A DNA stretch of 34,421 bases from an uncultured Eubacteriales bacterium (lineage in GTDB: Bacteria; Bacillota; Clostridia; TANB77; CAG-508). The notes under the pieces are model-generated. The model had not been told where the DNA came from and did no database searches. It saw nothing but the letters and a program-made list of their open reading frames with translations. This document shows, in pieces, positions 9,898 through 19,223 of this stretch. Position 1 is the first letter of the stretch. Every line of letters starts with the position of its first letter. The translations under genes and the position numbers were made by a program. The stretch lies in assembly GCA_902766085.1 (NCBI GenBank), contig CACXCH010000062.1, positions 1 through 34,421 of the forward strand. The letters run 5' to 3'.

Positions 9898-10359
9898 ATG
9901 ATTACGCCACTAGATATTGAAAACAAAAAATTCTCAAAAAAAGCATTAAATGGTTATGATCCAGAAGAAGTTGATGATTTTTTAGATGATTTGATGAAGG
10001 ATTATGAAACTTTATACAAAAAATCGAATGAAAGTCAAAGAATAATCGATGATTTGAAAAGCAAACTTGAGCATTATACTCAAATTGAAAGTACATTACA
10101 AAATACTTTATTAATGGCTCAAACTGCAGCTGACGATGTTAGAGAAGCTGCAAAAAAGGAATCTGAACAAATTATAAGAGAGGCTGAAAATAAGTCAAAG
10201 GAAATGACTATGGGGATAGAACAACAAATTGCTGATAAGCAAAAAGAGTTTGATGGAATAAAACAGCAATTTGATGTATACAAAGCAAAGATGGAATCAC
10301 TATTGATTTCACAACTTGAATTGTTAAAAGATATAAATAGAAACGAGGAAGATGAGTAA
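9898..10359 (+). CDS. divIVA: DivIVA domain-containing cell division protein
   Basis: 153 aa with AAGGAGG RBS. Canonical DivIVA N-terminus MITPLDIENKKFSKKALNGYDPEEVDDFLDDLMKDYETL followed by a coiled coil. Confidence 0.88.
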   Translation: MITPLDIENKKFSKKALNGYDPEEVDDFLDDLMKDYETLYKKSNESQRIIDDLKSKLEHYTQIESTLQNTLLMAQTAADDVREAAKKESEQIIREAENKSKEMTMGIEQQIADKQKEFDGIKQQFDVYKAKMESLLISQLELLKDINRNEEDE

Positions 10360-10373
10360 CCATCTTCCTTTTT
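10347..10373 (+). terminator. Intrinsic terminator after divIVA
   Basis: 8-bp stem ggaagatg (10347-10354) / catcttcc (10361-10368) with a 6-nt loop containing the stop codon. T-run 10369-10373. Confidence 0.7.
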
Positions 10374-10500
10374 ACATTTTTGTAACAAAAATAACAGTCT
10401 TTTGCTAAAAAAAGGCTTAAATTCTTTATTTTTCCTGAAAAACGTGCTAAAATATGTGTTACATCCTTGTTAAGGAAATATTACAATTTTATTATTATTA

Positions 10501-10528
10501 TTGACAATAGGAAAAATATAGGTAAAAT
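10501..10528 (+). promoter_or_regulatory. Putative promoter placing the transcription start at or next to the rsmD ATG (possible leaderless mRNA)
   Basis: ttgaca (10501-10506), 16-nt spacer, taaaat (10523-10528). The ATG at 10535 is 7 nt downstream of the -10 element. Only a weak AGGT is available as an SD. Confidence 0.4.
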
Positions 10529-10534
10529 AAAATT

Positions 10535-11125
10535 ATGAGAGTAATTAGTGGAAAAGCTAGAGGCACGAAAATTCAAACAATTGAAAACAATTCAACAAGG
10601 CCAACTCTTGATAGAGTTAAGGAATCATTATTTAATATAATTCAAAGTAAAGTTCCTAGATCAAATATCCTAGACCTTTTTGCAGGCTCTGGAGCACTTG
10701 GAATTGAAGCTTTAAGCAGGAATGCAGAGTTTGCTGTTTTTTGTGATAGTAATAACGAATGCACAAAAATTATAAGACAAAATTTAGAGAAAACTAAACT
10801 TGAGACAAAGGCATTAATCTATAATAATGATTACAAAAGTTGCATAAAAAATTTAAAAAATAAAAATTTTAAATTTGACATAGTTTTCATTGATCCGCCT
10901 TATATGCTTAATATAGCAGCAGAGAGTTTGAAACTCATTATTGAAAATAATTTACTAAAAGATGAAGCGATTATCGTAATTGAAACAGACCAAAGAAATA
11001 GAGATATGAAAGAAATACAAGAGATGAATATAAATAAAATAAAAGTATATGATGAGAGAAAGTACGGAAGAGCTAATTTAATTTTTATTAGAAAAATAGA
11101 GGAGAACGAAAATGGAAATATTTAA
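10535..11125 (+). CDS. rsmD: 16S rRNA (guanine966-N2)-methyltransferase RsmD
   Basis: 196 aa. MRVISGKARGTKI...TRPTLDRVKESLFNI, SAM motif LDLFAGSGALGIEALSR, catalytic DPPY. Confidence 0.9.
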   Translation: MRVISGKARGTKIQTIENNSTRPTLDRVKESLFNIIQSKVPRSNILDLFAGSGALGIEALSRNAEFAVFCDSNNECTKIIRQNLEKTKLETKALIYNNDYKSCIKNLKNKNFKFDIVFIDPPYMLNIAAESLKLIIENNLLKDEAIIVIETDQRNRDMKEIQEMNINKIKVYDERKYGRANLIFIRKIEENENGNI

Positions 11126-11549
11126 TTTGCTTGATACATTAGAGGACTCAATAAAAGACGGAAAAAAAATACCTTTTTCTGATAAATGTATTATAAATGA
11201 AAGCGATGTCATTGATATAATTCACGAGATTAGAGAAAACTTACCTGATGAGTTAAAACAGGCAAAATGGGTAAAAGAAGAAAGAGAAAGAATTTTGAAT
11301 GAAGCACAAAAAGAGGCAGACGGAGTTGTAAAGGATGCCGAAAAAAAGATTATTTCTATGATTGATGAACATGAAATAACTAAAAAAGCTTATGAACAAA
11401 AAAATCAGATTGTATCACAAGCTAATGAAAGCTCGCGCGAAATAACACAGGGAGCAAGAGAATATGCTGATAATATTTTAGCAAACCTTTCTGACACACT
11501 TGAAAAAACACTTAAGGAAATAGAAGAAAATAGAAAAGAGCTTAAATAA
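11112..11549 (+). CDS. Hypothetical coiled-coil protein (resembles clostridial proteins loosely annotated as ATPase subunit H/b-like)
   Basis: 145 aa. GAGGAG RBS 7 nt upstream. Overlaps the rsmD end by 14 nt, which suggests translational coupling. Lys/Glu-rich heptad-like sequence throughout. Confidence 0.6.
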   Translation: MEIFNLLDTLEDSIKDGKKIPFSDKCIINESDVIDIIHEIRENLPDELKQAKWVKEERERILNEAQKEADGVVKDAEKKIISMIDEHEITKKAYEQKNQIVSQANESSREITQGAREYADNILANLSDTLEKTLKEIEENRKELK

Positions 11550-11572
11550 GTGAAAACGGAGGAATGTTATTT

Positions 11573-13051
11573 ATGAACGAAAATGACAATAAACAAGTGA
11601 ACAAGACAAATAAAATAATAATTACTGCTTCGGTAATTATTATTTTTGCATTTGTTGCTATTTCAATCATTTTGATAATTATAAATGGAGAAAAGCAACG
11701 TACAAAAAACACTAACAGAATAGAACAGGAAGATAATATTGTAGCTGAAAATGACATTCAAGAAGAAGCAATTTCAAATGAAACAATTATAGATGACACA
11801 AATGTTACTTTAAATAAGAGCTATGGAAAAATTGATATTGTTTTCATTGATGAAAATAACAAAATTATATCAGAGCCTGAAAAACCAGCAATAGGAGATG
11901 AGCTAACACCCGTTAAGTATAATAATAGCTCTTTTAAATTTGAAAAAACGGCTGCAGACGATGAGACTTGGTATGATTATTCAAATAAAATATGGGCCAA
12001 TGCAGTTGATAGCAATTCAAATTACTTTGTATGGATACCAAGGTTTGCATATAAAATAACATATTATTCAGATTCAACATATACACATAAAATTGGATAT
12101 TCCGATTCAAGAGGTATTCTAGTTATAAATGAAGATAACTCAAATACATTAACAAGAATTGCACATAACTCATCTGGCTTGCAAGAAGTTGGAAACCATT
12201 ATATTGTTGAACCTGCATTTATGAACGACTCAATAAATTCTTACAGAAATGGTGGATGGTCAAGTAATATAACAGGATTTTGGGTAGCAAAATACGAAAT
12301 GAGCAATGAAACAGACTTAACAAATTCAAATTTAACAACATCAAATAGTATAAAATTAGCAAGTAAACCTTGTAAAACAAGCTTAAGAAATATTGACATT
12401 GGAGATGCTTATTACAATTCATATTATTTTAACAGAGCACTTGAAAGCCATCTTATGAAAAATAGCGAATGGGGAGCAATAGCATATTTGTCTTATAGTA
12501 AATATGGCACAAATTCGTATAAAATATCAAACAATAATTCAAAAGACTATATAACAGGCGGAAGCACAATAGAAACTGAAGTTTATAATACTAATAAAAC
12601 GCAAACAACCACACAAAACGTATATGGAGTTTATGATTTATCAGGTGGAGCGTCTGAATATATTGCGGCATATATTAATAACTCAAACCAGTACTTGGTA
12701 TATGGAAAAAATGGTGAAGGTTATTTATTAAGTGATAATAGCAATACAAAATACAAGACAATTTATTCAAATACTAATGAAGAACAAAGTTATACAGAAA
12801 GAAATGGAACCCTTAACTATAAATCTAATTCTTTAAAAAGAGGAGATGCAATTTTTGAAACATCTATGAATGGATACCAAAGTACCTCATGGAATACAAA
12901 CTCATCATTCTTTATGCAATATGATGTGCCATTTATGGTAAGAGGAGGAACCTTTGCTGATTCAGTAAGCGCAGGACTATTTAATTATAATGCATGCAAC
13001 GGACAAGCAAATGCATCAGAAAGTTTTAGAGTTTGCTTAACGTTGAATTAA
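11573..13051 (+). CDS. Membrane-anchored extracytoplasmic protein with a divergent FGE-sulfatase/SUMF1-like (C-type-lectin fold) domain
   Basis: Start preferred at ATG 11573 (GGAGG 11558-11562, 10-nt spacing) over 11564. One N-terminal TM segment (IIITASVIIIFAFVAISIILIII). Motif series FVWIPRFAY, SEWGAIAYLSYSKYG, YGVYDLSGGASEYIAAY, MVRGGTF and a terminal SFRVCL parallels the EW..A / YDMsGNvwEW / RGGsw / FR signature order of FGE-like domains. Assignment made by eye only. Confidence 0.5.
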   Translation: MNENDNKQVNKTNKIIITASVIIIFAFVAISIILIIINGEKQRTKNTNRIEQEDNIVAENDIQEEAISNETIIDDTNVTLNKSYGKIDIVFIDENNKIISEPEKPAIGDELTPVKYNNSSFKFEKTAADDETWYDYSNKIWANAVDSNSNYFVWIPRFAYKITYYSDSTYTHKIGYSDSRGILVINEDNSNTLTRIAHNSSGLQEVGNHYIVEPAFMNDSINSYRNGGWSSNITGFWVAKYEMSNETDLTNSNLTTSNSIKLASKPCKTSLRNIDIGDAYYNSYYFNRALESHLMKNSEWGAIAYLSYSKYGTNSYKISNNNSKDYITGGSTIETEVYNTNKTQTTTQNVYGVYDLSGGASEYIAAYINNSNQYLVYGKNGEGYLLSDNSNTKYKTIYSNTNEEQSYTERNGTLNYKSNSLKRGDAIFETSMNGYQSTSWNTNSSFFMQYDVPFMVRGGTFADSVSAGLFNYNACNGQANASESFRVCLTLN

Positions 13052-13102
13052 AAAAATAAATTAGATGTTATAGGTTAATGGCTTATTAATTTAGAGAGCA
13101 AT

Positions 13103-13286
13103 AAAGCATAATATTTAATGACTCGTAGACTTGCTGTTTTGAACGACTCCAACAGATGTGACAAACAAAAATTATAAATAATTTTTGTTTGCACTTTCTA
13201 AGGAACGTTCAAAAATTTCGCCTTTCGCTTGCGCTCCAGTTGGTCGCTGAAGGCGCGTCTTACTCGTCTATTAAATATTATGCTTT
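13103..13286. repeat. 184-nt long imperfect palindrome with a G+C-rich asymmetric insert; candidate structured RNA or MITE-like element
   Basis: Perfect 17-bp outer stem aaagcataatatttaat (13103-13119) / attaaatattatgcttt (13270-13286). Inner helix ttttgaacg (13137-13145) / cgttcaaaa (13206-13214). Perfect 13-bp apical stem 13162-13174 / 13179-13191 with loop taaa. G+C-rich block 13216-13257 occurs only on the right arm. No ORF. Confidence 0.6.
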
Positions 13287-13348
13287 CTAGCTTTTTATTT
13301 TCAAAACATTAGTCTGCAACAAAATTAACACAATAATTTGCTGAAATG

Positions 13349-13377
13349 TTGCAAATAAAATTCAATTAATATATAAT
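13349..13377 (+). promoter_or_regulatory. Putative sigma-70-type promoter for ftsK
   Basis: ttgcaa (13349-13354), exactly 17-nt spacer, consensus tataat (13372-13377). Lies 55 nt upstream of the ftsK ATG. Confidence 0.6.
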
Positions 13378-13431
13378 TTAGTGGTAAAAGAAGAATTGTC
13401 AGTTTTATGTAAATTAGCATAGGAGGGCATT

Positions 13432-15873
13432 ATGCCAAGAGGTAGAAAGAAAAAGAAGGAAACACGTAATTTAAATATAATAGTTACAACATTAATTTTT
13501 TTATCAATATTATTAGGAGTATTAATTTATTCAAAACAGGGAGCATTAGGTAAGAATTTAAGCCCAGCACTTGGAGGAGTACTTGGCGTAATAAAGTATT
13601 TTATTCCTATTGGATTATTTATTGTTGCTATTGAAATTGCACATGAGGGAAATACCAGAAACTATGGAAAAAAACTTTTTATGTTTTTAGTTGTTCTTTT
13701 ACTCTTTGATTGTGTATGCTCATGCTATAGAGTTTCGACAGGTGATCTTGATATTTCACAAGAAAGAAATGAGATTCTTTCAGATGCATACTTTTTAGGT
13801 AGCAAAGATATGGGAGGAGGAGTCGTTGGAGCAACTCTTGCTATTTTATTAATAAATATTTTAGGAATTACTGGTTCTATTATTGCGTGTATCGGAATTT
13901 CCGTAATTTTAATTGTATTTATATTTGAATTACACCCTGCTGAGGCTATATCTAACTCTATGGATAAAATAGAGAAACATAATGAAATACGTAAAGTTGA
14001 GAAAGAAAAAGAAAGAGAACAAAGAGAAAAAAACTATGCAGAAATTGTTCCAGAGCTTTCTCGTAAGCAAACTCTTAAAGAAAAAAGAGAACGTGAGAAG
14101 AAGGAAAAGGCAATTGAAAAGTCAGAGCCTCTTGAAGAGCAAATTACTATTAATTTAAATGATAGCAAAAAGAGTGATAATGATACAATTGAAGTTCCTA
14201 ACTTTAAAAATAACAGGGCTTCTAATAATGTAAAAGTAACTAATAGTAATTTTTCTAATGGAAATAGTGAAGATAATTTATTTGCTCAAAAGGAAGTAGA
14301 AAAAGTTGCAAAGACTCAAGAAGTCCTTAATCTAAAACATACTCAAGCTGAAATAGAGCAAAATTATGAATTTCCTCCAATCAATTTGCTACAAGAAGAT
14401 AAAGGAAATGAAGATTCAACAAGCAGAAAAGTTTTACTACAAACTGCTGAAAGACTTAGAAAAACCTTATATAGTTTTGGAGTTTCTGCAAAAGTAGAAA
14501 ATGTTTCTGTTGGACCAGCAATAACAAGATATGAATTAGCTCCAGCAGAGGGAGTCAGAGTAAGCAAAATTGCAAATCTTTCTGATGACATTGCTTTAGC
14601 TTTAGAAGCTGAAACAATTAGAATAGAAGCACCAATTCCAGGAAAACATACTGTAGGTATTGAGGTACCAAATAAAACTAGAGCAACAGTTCCACTTAGG
14701 TCAATTATTGAATCAAAAGAGTTTGTTGATAGTGATTCAAAATTGACTTTTGGACTTGGAAAGGATGTAGCGGGAGATGTAGTAATTGCCGATATTGCCA
14801 AGATGCCACATTTATTGATTGCAGGAAGTACAGGTTCAGGAAAGTCAGTTTGCATCAATACAATGATTACAAGTATAATCTATAAGGCAAAACCAAGTGA
14901 AGTTAAATTACTTATGATTGATCCAAAAATTGTAGAGTTATCTGTTTATAATGGAACACCACATTTATTAATCCCTGTTGTAACTGATCCTAAAAAAGCT
15001 GCAGGTGCACTTGAATGGGCTGTACAGGAAATGGAAAAAAGATATAGTTTATTTGCAGAGAAGAAAGTTAGAGATATAAAAGGATTCAACAGTGTTGCCG
15101 AAAAAATAGGAGAATTGCCTTTACCACAAATTGTTATTATTATTGATGAGCTTGCCGATTTAATGATGGTATCATCAAAGGAAGTTGAAAATTCAATTTG
15201 CAGGTTGGCACAAAAAGCTAGAGCTGCAGGTATGCATTTGGTAATAGCAACTCAAAGACCTTCTGTTAATGTAATCACGGGTGTAATCAAAGCAAATATA
15301 CCATCAAGAATTGCTTTTGCTGTTTCATCACAGATTGACTCACGTACAATACTTGATGAAGGGGGAGCTGAAAAACTACTAGGAAAAGGTGATATGCTAT
15401 TTTATCCAAGTGGCATTCCAAAGCCTATTAGAATTCAAGGAGCATTTGTATCAGATAAAGAAGTTGAAAACATTGTTAAATTTATCAGAAAAGATGGAGA
15501 TGCGATTTATGATACAAACATCATGGAATCTATTGATAAGGCCAACGAACCTGACAAGGTTGAAGACGATGAAGATAAGGATGATACAGTAGATCCATTG
15601 CTTGATGAAGCTATTGAAATGGTAGTTGAAAATCAACAAGCATCAACATCTTATATCCAAAGAAGATTTAAAGTTGGATATTCAAGAGCTGGTAGAATTA
15701 TTGACCAAATGGAAGAAAGAGGAATAATTTCTGGATACAATGGAAGTAAACCAAGGGAAGTATTGATGACAAAAGAAAGATGGCAGGAGTTAAAGATGGC
15801 TCCAAAAGATATTGCAGAAAATGCAAATATCAATATTGACAAAATAGAAGATATAAATGACCAGAATAATTAG
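13432..15873 (+). CDS. ftsK: DNA translocase FtsK/SpoIIIE
   Basis: 813 aa with AGGAGG RBS. N-terminal TM segments and a Lys/Glu-rich linker. Motor domain with Walker [12 protein letters not shown] and Walker [13 protein letters not shown]-terminal gamma winged-helix [30 protein letters not shown]. Confidence 0.95.
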   Translation: MPRGRKKKKETRNLNIIVTTLIFLSILLGVLIYSKQGALGKNLSPALGGVLGVIKYFIPIGLFIVAIEIAHEGNTRNYGKKLFMFLVVLLLFDCVCSCYRVSTGDLDISQERNEILSDAYFLGSKDMGGGVVGATLAILLINILGITGSIIACIGISVILIVFIFELHPAEAISNSMDKIEKHNEIRKVEKEKEREQREKNYAEIVPELSRKQTLKEKREREKKEKAIEKSEPLEEQITINLNDSKKSDNDTIEVPNFKNNRASNNVKVTNSNFSNGNSEDNLFAQKEVEKVAKTQEVLNLKHTQAEIEQNYEFPPINLLQEDKGNEDSTSRKVLLQTAERLRKTLYSFGVSAKVENVSVGPAITRYELAPAEGVRVSKIANLSDDIALALEAETIRIEAPIPGKHTVGIEVPNKTRATVPLRSIIESKEFVDSDSKLTFGLGKDVAGDVVIADIAKMPHLLIAGSTGSGKSVCINTMITSIIYKAKPSEVKLLMIDPKIVELSVYNGTPHLLIPVVTDPKKAAGALEWAVQEMEKRYSLFAEKKVRDIKGFNSVAEKIGELPLPQIVIIIDELADLMMVSSKEVENSICRLAQKARAAGMHLVIATQRPSVNVITGVIKANIPSRIAFAVSSQIDSRTILDEGGAEKLLGKGDMLFYPSGIPKPIRIQGAFVSDKEVENIVKFIRKDGDAIYDTNIMESIDKANEPDKVEDDEDKDDTVDPLLDEAIEMVVENQQASTSYIQRRFKVGYSRAGRIIDQMEERGIISGYNGSKPREVLMTKERWQELKMAPKDIAENANINIDKIEDINDQNN

Positions 15874-16009
15874 TTACTTTTATACTTAAAAATAAACAAA
15901 GACTTTTACAGAAAAGGTTTTATTACATTTTTTAGCATTGTTTATTTTTTATAATTTTTGAAAATAGTAACAAAAACTAAAGTAAAACGATAATCAAAGG
16001 AGAAAAAAT

Positions 16010-17455
16010 TTGAAAAACAAATTTTTACCAAAAGACTACAAGGAAGAATTAGCCAAAGCAATTGAGGAAAAAAACTTTAGTCAAGATGCTGAAAATCTCT
16101 TACTCTCAATGTGCTACAAAATGGATGATAGCTATACAAATTATAGAACTGTAAAAAGAGAGGTTCCAAGCAAAGAGGAATTTATGGAAAAATTGGTTTT
16201 AGATGTAGAACTAAACTGCAAAAATATTATTATTGCTAAACCAAATTCTGAACTTGAAAAAGAACTAAAGCAGAATCAAAGAAAGATAAAAATGGATGGA
16301 CAAGCTGAAAAAAACATTATTTCATATCCAAATGAAAAAACACTGGCTTATGCAATTGCAAAAGCTTCTCTTCCTGCAATGAAAAATGAATTTACAGATG
16401 AGGACAGAGCGGTAATAACTGCGATTAACATAGGAAAGTGCATATCAGAATCAGAGGTAATTAGAGATTTTAGCGGTTGGACATGGTCAATTCTTTCTAA
16501 TGAAATTGAGAGTACTGAATGCAATACAATATATGTTTTTTTATCATTCTTGCTAGGGTACAAAGCACTTGAAAATATAAATCTCCAATACATAAAGGAA
16601 AATCTTACTGAAAGCTTCTACAAGGAGATGCAAAAAGTTGCAATGCAATTTTATTTATCTTATGATAAAGATAAAAACGAAGAAATCTTAAAGAAGCTTT
16701 CTGAAGATAAGAAAAAGCTAGAGAAAATGAAAGATTCTTCAAAATACATTATTGAAATAACAAAAGAGAAAAAAGAAACAATTGACCAAATAAAGCAAAT
16801 AGATAGAATACTAAGTGACCCATTATTAATGAGACAAGAATATTTAATTTACAATAGCAATAAACCAGATAAAGAAAAAGTGTTTAGTGTTAGTCATTAT
16901 CAAGAAAAACTTACAAAAGATAGACAAAAACTTTTGTATACTCTTTCCGAGTACAATAGAATTGAAAATCCAAATGAATTTCTTAAGGAAAGGGAAAAAT
17001 TAGAGTACGAAATCAAATTCTATGAGGAAAAAACGGACATTTCAAAATTAGAAAAAGAATTTAAAAAGATATTTATTAAAAAGCTAGAGAAAACTAATGA
17101 AAGAAGGGAGCTTTTAAATATTATTTATGAAATAAGGTACTTGAATTTTCTACCAAACTGTAAAATGAATTTAAACGAAATTGAAGAAAAGGCAGTTCCA
17201 AAGGCGATAAAATATCATGTTTTAGAGCCAATTTCAAATAATGATATTTTAGACTATAGAATATTAAAAGGAATATTTGATAGTGATGTTATTTCACTAG
17301 AAAATTTGTATATTAAATTAAGTTCGAGCCAAAATATTATTAATGTAGAACTCTATGAAGGGGACACATTAGAAAAAAAATATGATATAACTTTACCAGA
17401 TGGAGTTAATATTCAAATTAGAAGATCTAAGAAAATGAAAATTTTTGCAATTTAA
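16010..17455 (+). CDS. Hypothetical protein of unknown function (TTG start)
   Basis: 481-aa ORF. TTG at 16010 with AAGGAG at 15997-16002 (7-nt spacing). Central Lys/Glu coiled-coil region. No motif I can assign. Confidence 0.6.
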   Translation: MKNKFLPKDYKEELAKAIEEKNFSQDAENLLLSMCYKMDDSYTNYRTVKREVPSKEEFMEKLVLDVELNCKNIIIAKPNSELEKELKQNQRKIKMDGQAEKNIISYPNEKTLAYAIAKASLPAMKNEFTDEDRAVITAINIGKCISESEVIRDFSGWTWSILSNEIESTECNTIYVFLSFLLGYKALENINLQYIKENLTESFYKEMQKVAMQFYLSYDKDKNEEILKKLSEDKKKLEKMKDSSKYIIEITKEKKETIDQIKQIDRILSDPLLMRQEYLIYNSNKPDKEKVFSVSHYQEKLTKDRQKLLYTLSEYNRIENPNEFLKEREKLEYEIKFYEEKTDISKLEKEFKKIFIKKLEKTNERRELLNIIYEIRYLNFLPNCKMNLNEIEEKAVPKAIKYHVLEPISNNDILDYRILKGIFDSDVISLENLYIKLSSSQNIINVELYEGDTLEKKYDITLPDGVNIQIRRSKKMKIFAI

Positions 17456-17552
17456 TTATAAATAAAAAAATGTAAGGCAAGAACGTTCACTTTTTAATTC
17501 ATAGACGAGAGAATGGAAAATAAATATAAATGATAAATTATGGAGGAAACAA

Positions 17553-19211
17553 ATGAAAATAACTTTTTTAGGAGCAACAAGAGAGGTAACTGGGTCGAAT
17601 TATTTAGTTGAGGGAGCTGGAAAAAGATTCTTAGTTGACTGTGGTTTACACCAAGGATCAATGGAAGAAGAACTTCTAAATGATAAGCCATTTGATTTTG
17701 ATGTAAAGAGTATTGACTTTATGCTATTAACACATGCTCATATTGATCACTCTGGAAGAATACCTAAACTATATAAAGATGGTTACTCAAACCCAATATA
17801 TGCTACAAAGGCAACGTGCGATCTTTGCACAATAATGTTACCTGATAGTGGACACATCCAAGAAACAGAAACACAATATAAAAATAAGAAAAGAAAGCGC
17901 CAAGGCTTAAAAACAATGGTTGAGCCTCTTTATACTGCAAAAGATGCTGAAGATTGTATGCAACTATTTGTACCAGAAAAGTATGACGAATTAATTGACG
18001 TTGCGTCAGGTATAACGATTAGATTTAATGATGCAGGACACATGCTAGGTTCAAGTATGATTGAGGTATGGATTACAGAAGATGGACGACAACAGAAAAT
18101 AGTTTTTAGTGGAGATATTGGAAATAATGATATTCCATTGCTTGCAAGTCCAACAATGATTGATAGTGCGGATTATTTAATTATGGAATCTACTTATGGA
18201 AATAGGTTACACGTAAGAAATGACGAAAAGGCTTCGATATTCTTAAATGTTGTTTCAGAGACAATAACAAATGGAGGAACAGTAGTTATTCCATCATTTG
18301 CAGTTGGAAGAACACAAGAGATTTTATATGAAATAAATAAAATAAAAGAACATCACCTAAATGATGAAAAATTTATGAAAGAGTATGAACTATTAATGTC
18401 TGTTCCAGTATATGTAGATAGTCCACTTGCAATATCAGCAACGGAAGTTTTTAAAAAGAATATGGATTTATTTTCTGATGAAATTAAGGAATTTATTGAA
18501 AGAGGGGATAATCCACTAGAATTTCCTGGACTTAAGTTTACTAGGACAGTAGAGGAATCAAAAGCACTTAATGAATCAGATGAACCTTGTATTATTATTT
18601 CGTCAAGTGGTATGTGTGATGTTGGAAGAATAAAACACCATTTAAAGCATAATATATGGAACCCTAAGAGTACAATTTTATTTGTTGGATACCAGGCACC
18701 AGGTACTCTTGGAAGAAGAATTGTAGACGGAGCTAAGAAAGTTAAAATTTTAGGAGAAGAATTTTCAGTTAATGCAAGAGTAGAATATATTGAAGGCTTT
18801 TCGGGACACGCTGATCAGAATGGACTAGTAAATTATGTATGTGGCTTTCATGAAAAAATGCCAAAACGTATTTTCTTAATACATGGTGAGATTGACTCAC
18901 AAGAAGCTCTAGAGCAAAAAATAAAAGAGCAAGCAGGGGATATTCCAATTTCGATTCCAAAATATGGAGAGCAATACACATTAGATGATAAGATTGAAGT
19001 TGTTCAAAAATATGATAATCCTACTAATAAGGATATTGATAAGATTGAACTTATTAATAAAATGCAACAACTTGAATCAGAGCTAGAAGAAATGAAGCAT
19101 TCACTAAAAGAAGATATAAGATTGTCATCAAGCTCAGATGAAGATATGGTTAAGCTCAACAATAAAGTTAATGAACTTAGAAAACAAATAATACAAATAA
19201 TGAATAAATAG
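17553..19211 (+). CDS. beta-CASP family metallo-beta-lactamase-fold nuclease (CPSF73/COG1236-like, RNA-metabolising type) with a C-terminal coiled-coil extension
   Basis: 552 aa with GGAGG RBS. MBL motifs LVDCG, HAHIDHSG (HxHxDH), GHMLGS, ESTYG. beta-CASP/terminal His motif GFSGHAD. The N-terminus MKITFLGATREVTGS is unlike RNase J. The last ~85 aa are heptad-like (QQLESELEEMKHSLKED...NELRKQIIQ). Confidence 0.85.
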   Translation: MKITFLGATREVTGSNYLVEGAGKRFLVDCGLHQGSMEEELLNDKPFDFDVKSIDFMLLTHAHIDHSGRIPKLYKDGYSNPIYATKATCDLCTIMLPDSGHIQETETQYKNKKRKRQGLKTMVEPLYTAKDAEDCMQLFVPEKYDELIDVASGITIRFNDAGHMLGSSMIEVWITEDGRQQKIVFSGDIGNNDIPLLASPTMIDSADYLIMESTYGNRLHVRNDEKASIFLNVVSETITNGGTVVIPSFAVGRTQEILYEINKIKEHHLNDEKFMKEYELLMSVPVYVDSPLAISATEVFKKNMDLFSDEIKEFIERGDNPLEFPGLKFTRTVEESKALNESDEPCIIISSSGMCDVGRIKHHLKHNIWNPKSTILFVGYQAPGTLGRRIVDGAKKVKILGEEFSVNARVEYIEGFSGHADQNGLVNYVCGFHEKMPKRIFLIHGEIDSQEALEQKIKEQAGDIPISIPKYGEQYTLDDKIEVVQKYDNPTNKDIDKIELINKMQQLESELEEMKHSLKEDIRLSSSSDEDMVKLNNKVNELRKQIIQIMNK

Positions 19212-19223
19212 GGAGGAAAATTT

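Noticed and set aside
11564-11572. ATG 11564 as the start of the FGE-like protein.
   Set aside because: It is only 1-2 nt downstream of the GGAGG (11558-11562). ATG 11573 has workable spacing. The difference is 3 codons and is not decisive.
14364-14858. 164-aa ORF antisense to the ftsK motor domain. Small ORFs 15389-15842 lie in other frames.
   Set aside because: They are embedded in the highly conserved FtsK ATPase/gamma region, which explains the sequence completely.
15887-15955. A/T-only inverted repeat after ftsK (aaaaataaacaa / ttgtttattttt and the small hairpin ctttt-acag-aaaag) resembling the arms of the rrn-upstream palindrome. It could be the ftsK terminator.
   Set aside because: The stems are almost pure A/T with mismatches or very long loops, and the T-run is displaced. 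The similarity to the 33.9-kb module arms may be purely compositional. Too weak to annotate.
17456-17552. Possible third, reverse-oriented degenerate copy of the 13.1-kb element (aacgttca ... atagacgag ... aaatataaatg).
   Set aside because: Only short words (6-9 nt) are shared, with changed spacing. This is within what A/T-rich sequence can give by chance, and I cannot support it without a statistical search.
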